Assembly: GCF_001830325.1 (NCBI RefSeq)
Contig: NZ_MHZG01000015.1
Coordinates: 32,570 to 64,569 of the forward strand
Length of the DNA stretch: 32,000 bases
Direction: 5' to 3'
Source: Polynucleobacter sp. GWA2_45_21
GTDB lineage: Bacteria; Pseudomonadota; Gammaproteobacteria; Burkholderiales; Burkholderiaceae
Part shown: piece after piece, positions 21,225 through 28,108 of the stretch
Layout: each line of letters opens with the position of its first letter
Position numbering within the stretch: position 1 is the first letter of the stretch
Made by a program: the position numbers and the translations under genes
The notes under the pieces: generated by a model
Seen by the model: only the letters and a program-made list of their open reading frames with translations
The model's database searches: none
What the model was told of the DNA's origin: nothing

Positions 21225-21303
21225 TTGGATGCTAGCTTAGGCTAGTTGATAATTAGTTTGGCATCACTTAACCCACTGTGGCAACACAGTGGGTTTTTTC
21301 TTT
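21195..21303 (+). repeat. imperfect direct repeat copy 1 (porin 3' end + terminator), similar to 28078-28190
   Basis: gctcttggcgtacgtcacactttctaatt...gctagcttaggctagtt...attagtttggcatca...aacccactgtgg(c/t)aacacagtgggtttttt is shared with scattered mismatches and small indels. Confidence 0.8.
21270..21300 (+). terminator. rho-independent terminator of porin 1
   Basis: 11-bp stem aacccactgtg / cacagtgggtt, loop gcaa, followed by a T-tract. Confidence 0.8.
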
Positions 21304-21313
21304 ACAGAACTCA

Positions 21314-21475
21314 CTACACGCTAGCAACTTTACTTCGCTGTTGATTAAGTTTGACCTGTTGTTGACGGATACGTTCTTGCTTTACACGCTGTTGTGCTTG
21401 CCGAACCTGTGCTTGCATAGTTTTGATACGCTGCTGCTCTGGTGTTGGCGGTTTAATCACTTCTGAGATGCGCAT
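21314..21475 (-). CDS. small Gln/Arg-rich hypothetical protein (island trio protein C)
   Basis: 53 aa from ATG 21475 (MRISEVIKPPTPEQQR...). GGAG lies 7 nt upstream, and the gene starts 1 nt after the protein B stop. The same position is occupied by an ATG at 31996 in island 2. Confidence 0.5.
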   Translation of the reverse strand: MRISEVIKPPTPEQQRIKTMQAQVRQAQQRVKQERIRQQQVKLNQQRSKVASV

Positions 21476-21476
21476 G

Positions 21477-21620
21477 TTAGATCTCCGCAGGAATGCTGAT
21501 GACATTACCTGCACCAAATAGTGCTTGCAGTATTTTCGTGGCGAACGTGGTGTTTTCTGCATACACCACAGTGGTTACTACAACACCGCTTGCTCTCACA
21601 GTTGCACGAAATTGTTTCAT
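21477..21620 (-). CDS. 47-aa conserved hypothetical protein (island trio protein B)
   Basis: MKQFRATVRASGVVVTTVVYAENTTFATKILQALFGAGNVISIPAEI has the same length as 31850-31993 (MKQFRATVRASGIVVTTIVYADNVNFAIKLLQAQFGASNVISIPAQV). By eye, many nucleotide differences are synonymous or conservative, as expected for real coding sequence. Confidence 0.6.
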   Translation of the reverse strand: MKQFRATVRASGVVVTTVVYAENTTFATKILQALFGAGNVISIPAEI

Positions 21621-21759
21621 AACAATATTTATTGTGTTGTTGTTTGCTGATGTGCACACAACGCGAAAGCATCTTGGCATAGTGTCTCGTCTTTAAAACC
21701 GGGGTTCTTGTCAGCGCACTAGATAATTGCAAAACCCAGTGAATTCAGCAAGATTTCAG

Positions 21760-22206
21760 TCATTTCGCAAACCCCGCACGCAGTTTTGTTGCAGCAGCAT
21801 CAATTTGTGTATCTAGTTCACCAGCAAGTACAGCAGTTTTAATTGCATCTAGTGTGGCAGTTAAATCTTTAGCTTGTGCCACTTCCACTGCAAATTTGCC
21901 ACGTGCAAGTTCCAATACGCGACTACCGTAACGCACGCTAATTGCCAACTTTCCAGTCTGTGTTGTAAACCACCACGGTTTGACGGTGACATGTTGTTCG
22001 ATTTGTTTGCGTAAGCCAGTTTCCGTGTCTGTGTACGACTTGAACTTGGCAACACGGAACTGCATACCTTGTTCCTCCGCTTTAGCCAATTCAATCTGTT
22101 GCCAAACCCGTTTTGCCAGTTTGTTTCTGCGTTGTACCACTTGCGGAATTTGTTGCGGTTTGCGTGCATCTGTTAGTTTTAATGCTGAAAGTGCGGATGT
22201 TGTCAT
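21760..22206 (-). CDS. 148-aa conserved hypothetical protein (island trio protein A)
   Basis: AAGGAG RBS. Colinear homolog of 31365-31805, with roughly half the residues identical by eye (LKLT..KP..IP..V.RRNKL...W.QI.LAK, ETGLR.Q, WWF, AGELD.QI). Confidence 0.7.
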   Translation of the reverse strand: MTTSALSALKLTDARKPQQIPQVVQRRNKLAKRVWQQIELAKAEEQGMQFRVAKFKSYTDTETGLRKQIEQHVTVKPWWFTTQTGKLAISVRYGSRVLELARGKFAVEVAQAKDLTATLDAIKTAVLAGELDTQIDAAATKLRAGFAK

Positions 22207-22282
22207 GATGTCAGCTCCTTTAGTTATGTTGACAGCACAACTGTATTTTCGGATTAGTGCATTGCGCGACCGAAATCTGCTT

Positions 22283-22306
22283 GATCACATCAATTTGCCC
22301 AAAATC
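22283..22306 (-). promoter_or_regulatory. conserved block upstream of protein A gene (contains ATTTG-GG-CAAAT inverted repeat)
   Basis: The reverse complement reads gattttgggcaaattgatgtgatcaa. It matches 31274-31299 (aatttgggcaaattgaggtcgaccaa) in an otherwise diverged intergenic region. Confidence 0.4.
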
Positions 22307-22357
22307 TTCTAAAACCACCTAATAACGCATCACATTTAATGAGCTAATGTTTGGTCA

Positions 22358-22735
22358 GTGCTAAATACTTGCATGGATGATTTAACTTACACGCTAAACG
22401 CACGTACCCATAAAGATACCGCTAAAACGGATATATGGATTGCACAGCAACACATCACTGCCAAGCAATTTATGGATGCGGATGTGCAAACCTGCTTGTT
22501 GCAAGCGCAGAAAATGGCACGTATTACCATTCAGCACCACGCACGCTATCTATGTACGTACAACACCACGGTATTAAATGGGTTTTTACAGAAAATGGCA
22601 TTTGGCAAGTCGCGCAGCAAACTGCGTGAGCAACATGCCCGTGCTGTATTTCGGATATGCGCACAGGTTAACCGTAAGTTATATCAAACAGCAGATAGAC
22701 GCTGCACAAAGAAAGGTCAAAAAACCAGTTTGTAA
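22358..22735 (+). CDS. hypothetical protein (weak call)
   Basis: 125-aa ORF with a GTG start (ATG 5 codons in), no clear RBS and no recognisable motif. Divergent from protein A1. Confidence 0.3.
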   Translation: MLNTCMDDLTYTLNARTHKDTAKTDIWIAQQHITAKQFMDADVQTCLLQAQKMARITIQHHARYLCTYNTTVLNGFLQKMAFGKSRSKLREQHARAVFRICAQVNRKLYQTADRRCTKKGQKTSL

Positions 22736-23551
22736 TATAACGGCTAATGAGACTGGGCTTGTTGCATCAACACAGTAGATTGCGGTGCAACGCATAAGCA
22801 GATAATGCCATGGGTTAAGCAGTTCCCGTTCATACGCAAACCAATGCGTGTAATGGGTTGGGAGTTTCAAACATCTTTCTCCCGTAAAAACCAATCTACT
22901 GTGTGTGCAGGGACTTTTTACCGTCAAGCACCATGCAACGACTAATAGCGACAGAGTATTTCTCCGCTATAGCCGTTGTATGACTAGAACATTCTCCGTC
23001 AAGCTAACTGCACCAAAAGCAACTGCGTTGCTTTCGGCTTTCTTTTATCATGTGATAAATTATTCACAGAAAACGGTGTGAGCGAAAACGAAGTTTTTGC
23101 GAAACACAAGCAAACGCAGTTTGCTTTCACACTACCAGTTAGATGTAATTCACCAATACTACAGGTCTACTACACCTGCGAAAACTACAGTACAAAAATA
23201 CAGGGCTACGAACTGATTTTGGGCAGCACTACGCAGCAACACCTCAAAACACCTGCACACACGCAGATCGGGGCGGTAAACAACGCAATACCAGCAAGAA
23301 TACGTGCACACGCTACAGCGTTATTTTGATGTGTTGCATGTGCTGTCGTCTAAATGCCACGAATAAAACACCTGTGCATGTAAATTTGCGCTAAATACAT
23401 GACCAAATAGAATGCACAAACTCTTTGGTCAGTGGCATAAGTAACTGTTTTATATAGAAACGCATGACATACAACCCATATACATGTTCAGGTTGCTCTG
23501 CTAGCGCATAAGAATACATACTAAAAACGCACACATTATTTGGAGAAACCC

Positions 23552-24151
23552 ATGGCACAAGCAAAATCACTGACACAGCACGATATTGATGCAGTTTTAA
23601 ATTACATCACTACACGTACATACGCAACCCGCAACCGATTGATGTTTTTGTTTACGGTCTTAGCGGGGCTTCGCGTGTCTGAAGTCGCGCAATTAACGGT
23701 AGGGGATGTGCGCAATACCGATGGCAGTATTAAAACGCAGGTGTTCTTGTCCGCGCAGCGTGTCAAGCATGGACATGCACGCACGGTGTTTGTCAGTACG
23801 CAGTTGCAGCGTGAACTTAGTCTGTACTTAACAGCACGCATCTATGCGCAGGGTGATATTGGTGATGACATGCCACTATTTCATACGCTACGTGGTATTC
23901 GTAATGCATTTACTGCTTCCACACTGACCCAGCACTTTCATTACTTGTACCGTCGTGCACGGGTATTTGGTGCTAGCAGCCATTCGGGTAGACGCACATT
24001 CATTACTAACTTGAGTAATTCAGGCATCAGTGTGTTTGTACTTGCCAGTTTGGCAGGACACAAGAACATTGCGACTACTAACCGTTATGTTACGGTAAAT
24101 GACGAGCAAAAAAGACGTGCCGTAGACTGCTTTAGTTTGCAGGTAGCTTAA
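23552..24151 (+). CDS. small tyrosine recombinase, catalytic domain only (island 1)
   Basis: 199 aa from ATG 23552 (ggag RBS). Full R-K-H-R-H-Y set: GLRVSE, VKHGHARTV, SHSGRR, GHKNI, NRY. Homolog of 29712-30281. Confidence 0.85.
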   Translation: MAQAKSLTQHDIDAVLNYITTRTYATRNRLMFLFTVLAGLRVSEVAQLTVGDVRNTDGSIKTQVFLSAQRVKHGHARTVFVSTQLQRELSLYLTARIYAQGDIGDDMPLFHTLRGIRNAFTASTLTQHFHYLYRRARVFGASSHSGRRTFITNLSNSGISVFVLASLAGHKNIATTNRYVTVNDEQKRRAVDCFSLQVA

Positions 24152-24982
24152 TTAACTACGTAACTTGTGTTGTGCAAGTCGTTCTTTGAGCATTTCACCA
24201 GAACGCTCCAAACCATGATCATTAGCATCTACAATGTGTTCTTGACTGTACAGTAACTCCAGCGCAACTTGCACCAATGCTTCGCGTTGTCGCCAATATT
24301 GCCGCAGTCGCTGACCAACTGCAGGTGCAACAGACATCTGTGCGAATTTACTTTTGCTCCCACGAATGCGCGGAACACCTGTAATACAAGCATCAGGCTC
24401 AAAACCAAGTTCACAATTGACGTCACGATCTAACCAACGTTGTATTTCATGTGATTGTTGTACATCAGGCATGGGATTACGCAGTGGGTTGGTGTCAATT
24501 GCATTGGTAAGTAACATAACTGCTTCTTCGTAACAAGACTCTGCTTTTGTTTCCATGCGCTGAAATGCTGTTTTGCCATTAGCGTCCCGTTTAATAGAAC
24601 GACGAAACAAGTTGGCAAGACGAGTATATTTGTCACCGTCTTTTACATACTGCATGTAATCATACAAAACACTGGGCATGCTTTCTGTTGCGGTCCAATG
24701 ACTTTCTACATGTGAAATATCCCAGTCGTAGCTTTGCACGTATTCCAAGTAACGCTCTTTTCCCAATGCCGCAAGCATTTTTTGTTTTGGCACAGCACGC
24801 TGTGCAATCACAGATACCAGTGCAGCTTTGATTAAGCGTAATGATGCGTACTCCGTATCATTGATTAGGCGAAATGGAAGATCACGCAACGCATTGTAAG
24901 TAAGTTGATGTATGTACTGGCTATCATCAATGCTGCTACTGCATTTGATGGCGCGTAAGTCAAACAACACAGCGTACTGCAA
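24152..24982 (-). CDS. hypothetical protein, 276 aa
   Basis: Long ORF with a TTG start, 19 nt downstream of the H-NS-like gene in the same orientation as integrase 1. No motif recognised. Confidence 0.5.
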   Translation of the reverse strand: MQYAVLFDLRAIKCSSSIDDSQYIHQLTYNALRDLPFRLINDTEYASLRLIKAALVSVIAQRAVPKQKMLAALGKERYLEYVQSYDWDISHVESHWTATESMPSVLYDYMQYVKDGDKYTRLANLFRRSIKRDANGKTAFQRMETKAESCYEEAVMLLTNAIDTNPLRNPMPDVQQSHEIQRWLDRDVNCELGFEPDACITGVPRIRGSKSKFAQMSVAPAVGQRLRQYWRQREALVQVALELLYSQEHIVDANDHGLERSGEMLKERLAQHKLRS

Positions 24983-25001
24983 TGTACGCTGTGCATGCTG
25001 T

Positions 25002-25259
25002 TTAAACTTTTCTGCGTCGACTAGTGCTTTTGCGGGGTGCAGAACGTGATGATTTGGCTTTCATGACGCTGCGCAAGTCAGTTGCACTAAAACTGTGCGT
25101 TGTAATCAATCTTTTCACGGTTGCCAAATCTTCTTCACGTGTTTGCGTCAACAATGCTTCAATCTTTGCATTGAGTTCGGCTTGTGCCTTTTGTGCTGCT
25201 GCTAATTGGTCGCTAGCAGATTGCGAAGACGAAGTCATTTCAGTCATATCATTTCCCAT
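25002..25259 (-). CDS. small H-NS N-terminal-domain-like protein with basic tail (no C-terminal DNA-binding domain)
   Basis: 85 aa. The coiled-coil-like AAQKAQAELNAKIEALLTQTREEDLATVKRLITTHSFSATDL resembles oligomerisation regions of betaproteobacterial H-NS-like proteins. It ends in KSSRSAPRKSTSRRRKV. Confidence 0.4.
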   Translation of the reverse strand: MGNDMTEMTSSSQSASDQLAAAQKAQAELNAKIEALLTQTREEDLATVKRLITTHSFSATDLRSVMKAKSSRSAPRKSTSRRRKV

Positions 25260-25343
25260 TTAGTTACTGATAACAGAATTATTATCAATACTAGAAAATA
25301 TAAATTAAATCTTAACAAGTGTAATAGGTACATACGCTATGAT

Positions 25344-26645
25344 TTATCTTCTGCTGTGCAACATACCCACATTCATTTCTGGTGTAAGTTGACTGGCATA
25401 AAATCGTTCGATCATTTCCACGCTTGTACGTGCATTACGCGCCAGTGTCAGTAAATCAATTCCACGTCCGTATAACAACCTATATGTAATTGCTGTGTGT
25501 CGTAACGAATACAATGTGCGTCGCTGTCCAAGTGCGCCAAATCGTAATCCTGTTGCAAGCAGTATCTTTACAAAATACTTGTCAATCAATTGCATTGCAG
25601 CAGCACGGTCTTTAATCTGCGGTAAAAACAAATAGTCATCTGCAGTTGCCAAACCTTGCTGGTCGTAATAACTACGCAGATGTTCATATATGCGTACAGC
25701 AGGTTGCAATGTAATAACTGGTGCAGAGTGACGCTTGGTTTCAGGAATGGTTAAACGCAAGTAGATGTGACCATTACGTATCACTTCAATATGCTTGTGT
25801 TGCATTAGTTTCATATCAACTGGTCGTACAAAGCTGTTGACCATAAAACCAATTAACCAAGTCATTTCACGTGGAATGTTAGCGTCTGGTGCAAACAGAT
25901 TATTGTGTTTGGTACGATGAGTAACTTTAATTGGTGCACACACTTGATTTGCTAATACTTTACTGGCACGAAGTAATGCACGGTATTCAACAACACTAAA
26001 TCCACCACGTGGCGTACTAGATGATTTAAGTTTGGGGAAGGTTGGGACTTTTTCAATCCAGCCGTGTTTAAATGCGCACTCTAATACTTTGTGTAGTGCA
26101 TTCAAGTACTGCGTAATTGTCATTGACTTGTACTGCTTGTCACTTAGAAAGTACAAGAAGCGTTCTATGTCTGTGTGTTTAATGTCAGTTACTTGCACAG
26201 AGCCAAAGTACGGCAATACCCATTTGCGTATGCGTGACACCAGCATTACATAGGTGCCATTTGTAATCTCGTCACGTTTCACGCGTGCCGTTTCATTTGC
26301 AAGCATGATGTTGGTAACGGTGTTGACTGATAAATCTTGTGTATTTGCAACAGCACCTTGTGCAATTACGCCTGTGTCTATTAAATGCTGTTCATAAAAC
26401 AATTTAGCCAGTTGCAAAGCGTGTCGCTTGCTGGTTGTGCGCAAACTACGTATCACTGTCTTGTTATCAAAATAACAGCGCACTTGCCAGTAGCTACTTG
26501 CATTGGTCAAAAAGATACGTAATTTGTTTGGATAGCTGGGTACATATGTAATGGTGTGCAAGATTGGAAGCGTGCGACAACGTTTTGCGTAAAAGAATTC
26601 GTCGTTTGCCGATTTGGATTGCATATCGCAAGCGTACTGTCGCAC
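25344..26645 (-). CDS. tyrosine integrase (island 1)
   Basis: 433 aa (GTG 26645; alternative ATG 26624). Its C-terminal two thirds are colinear with 28266-29369 (GWIE..P.FPK, FVRPVD, ETKRH, TLYSLRHTAIT, LLTLARNARTSVEMIE.FY). Confidence 0.85.
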   Translation of the reverse strand: MRQYACDMQSKSANDEFFYAKRCRTLPILHTITYVPSYPNKLRIFLTNASSYWQVRCYFDNKTVIRSLRTTSKRHALQLAKLFYEQHLIDTGVIAQGAVANTQDLSVNTVTNIMLANETARVKRDEITNGTYVMLVSRIRKWVLPYFGSVQVTDIKHTDIERFLYFLSDKQYKSMTITQYLNALHKVLECAFKHGWIEKVPTFPKLKSSSTPRGGFSVVEYRALLRASKVLANQVCAPIKVTHRTKHNNLFAPDANIPREMTWLIGFMVNSFVRPVDMKLMQHKHIEVIRNGHIYLRLTIPETKRHSAPVITLQPAVRIYEHLRSYYDQQGLATADDYLFLPQIKDRAAAMQLIDKYFVKILLATGLRFGALGQRRTLYSLRHTAITYRLLYGRGIDLLTLARNARTSVEMIERFYASQLTPEMNVGMLHSRR

Positions 26646-26763
26646 ACCAAGTTATGCGACCAGTATATTTTTTGCAGATTTGCTTTTATCAAAACTCTGC
26701 CATTCCCAATCCATTTACCACTGTTAGAAAAAGTAAGCACGTTTTAGATAAACGTTTGCACTT

Positions 26764-26789
26764 TGTCGCACAGTCCCCAGTGTGCGACA
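26764..26789 (+). repeat. palindrome TGTCGCACA-N8-TGTGCGACA at the integrase-proximal end of island 1
   Basis: 9-bp arms at 26764-26772 and 26781-26789. Further half-sites at 26572-26579 (gtgcgaca) and 26638-26646 (tgtcgcaca, overlapping the int start). Confidence 0.6.
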
Positions 26790-26863
26790 GCGACACTCAC
26801 TTGTATAAGCAAGTAATGCGGTTTTAATGGAGCAAGTTAGTGATGCGCACATTCTTGTCAATT

Positions 26864-26967
26864 TTTATGGAGATTTAAAGAATGAAAAAATCGCTATTAG
26901 CAGTTGCAGCAATGACAGCATTTGCTGGCGCAGCTCAAGCTCAGTCATCAGTGACTGTTTACGGTAT
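26864..26967 (+). repeat. direct repeat copy 2, identical to 20007-20110
   Basis: See copy 1. Confidence 0.9.
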
Positions 26968-28108
26968 CTTGGACGTTGGTTACATTGGCACAAACTTGCG
27001 TGTTCCACAAACAGCTGCCCCTTTGACGGCAGTCCCTGCGTACAAGCTTACTCAAAATGCTTTCGGTCAATCTGCTGAGACAACATCACGTCTTGGTTTT
27101 AAGGGTACAGAAGACTTGGGCGGCGGTATGAATGCCTTCTTCACAGCTGAATTTCAATTGTTCCCACAAGATTGGAGTCTTTCAGGTTCTTCAGCATCTG
27201 CTTTGGGAACAGGTACATCTGCTAACCCAGCAGGCGGCCTACAAAACCGTCAAAGTTTCGTTGGTTTGAGCAAAAAAGGTCTCGGTCAAGCAGCGATTGG
27301 TACACAGTACACTCCAATCCACGTTGCTGTTGGCAAGACTGACCCAGGTCAACAAAACAATATGATCGGTAGCGTTATCTACCCAGCAAACGGCTCTGGC
27401 TTCACAACAGGTGCTTACACAGTTCGTTCAAACAATGCCTTGACTGCTGCAACCGATACATTCTCTGGCTTTAAATTGTCAGCAATGTATGCAATGAACA
27501 ATCAAGATCGCACACAGTTGGCTAATGGTGGAGCTACTGCTGCTGCAACAAACGGCGGTAATACCAATTCAAATGGCTGGGGTCTTGGTGCTGATTACAC
27601 TTGGAAAAAATTGTTTGTAACTGCAAACTATCAGTCATTCAAAAACGAAACTAATAGCACTACAGCTGCATTGCCAGCAGCGACAACTGGTAACGTAAAC
27701 GGTCAAAATATTACCGATAACCAAATGTATGTTGGTACAACTTATGACTTTGGTATTTTGAAGGCCTATGCTGGTTGGACAAGTCGTAAAGCAACATCTG
27801 GCTTAGACTCTAATAACTATGCCAAACGCTCTGGTCAGCAGATTGGTGTACGTAGCTTCATTACACCTAAGATTGAGGGTTGGGCAAACGTTGGTAATGG
27901 CCGTTTCACTTCATATGGTACCGGCTCCCCAACAGCAAACTTCACTGCCTATCAGTTGGGTGCAAATTACTGGTTGAGCAAGCGTACTAATTTGTACACA
28001 ATCTTCGGATCAACACAAACTAGTTCAAGCGCTGCAACAACAGCACTCCCAGGTGGTACTGCTGGTGGTGGTAATCAATACGCTCTTGGCGTACGTCACA
28101 CTTTCTAA
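26882..28108 (+). CDS. general porin, Gram-negative OmpC/Omp32-type (allele 2)
   Basis: 408 aa. Same signal peptide and first beta-strand as allele 1, conserved strand blocks (SRLGFKGTEDLGGG, IGTQYTPIH, DYTWKK, QQIGVRSFITPKIEGWA, NYWLSKRTNLY, YALGVRHTF), and divergent segments between them. Confidence 0.9.
   Translation: MKKSLLAVAAMTAFAGAAQAQSSVTVYGILDVGYIGTNLRVPQTAAPLTAVPAYKLTQNAFGQSAETTSRLGFKGTEDLGGGMNAFFTAEFQLFPQDWSLSGSSASALGTGTSANPAGGLQNRQSFVGLSKKGLGQAAIGTQYTPIHVAVGKTDPGQQNNMIGSVIYPANGSGFTTGAYTVRSNNALTAATDTFSGFKLSAMYAMNNQDRTQLANGGATAAATNGGNTNSNGWGLGADYTWKKLFVTANYQSFKNETNSTTAALPAATTGNVNGQNITDNQMYVGTTYDFGILKAYAGWTSRKATSGLDSNNYAKRSGQQIGVRSFITPKIEGWANVGNGRFTSYGTGSPTANFTAYQLGANYWLSKRTNLYTIFGSTQTSSSAATTALPGGTAGGGNQYALGVRHTF

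Larger units (their letters stand above)
21304..26863 (-). mobile_element. integrase island 1 (between the two porin genes); integrase at the right end reading leftward
   Basis: Bounded by the porin 1 terminator and the 5' repeat of porin 2. Contains two tyrosine recombinases and orphan genes homologous to island 2. No housekeeping genes. Confidence 0.7.

Noticed and set aside
21861-22312. ORFs 21861-22169 (-) and 21980-22312 (+) overlapping protein A1.
   Set aside because: The frame encoding protein A1 is the one conserved with island 2. The alternative frames have no homolog there.
23078-23329. 83-aa GTG-start ORF in the island 1 non-coding stretch.
   Set aside because: No RBS, the translation is dominated by repeat-derived Thr/Gln/Tyr runs, and there is no counterpart in island 2. 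Treated as non-coding.
26556-27078. ORFs 26556-26747, 26564-26827 and 26827-27078 upstream of and overlapping porin 2.
   Set aside because: They are out of frame with, or antisense to, integrase 1 and porin 2. The region is better explained as integrase 5' end, att-like non-coding DNA and porin leader.
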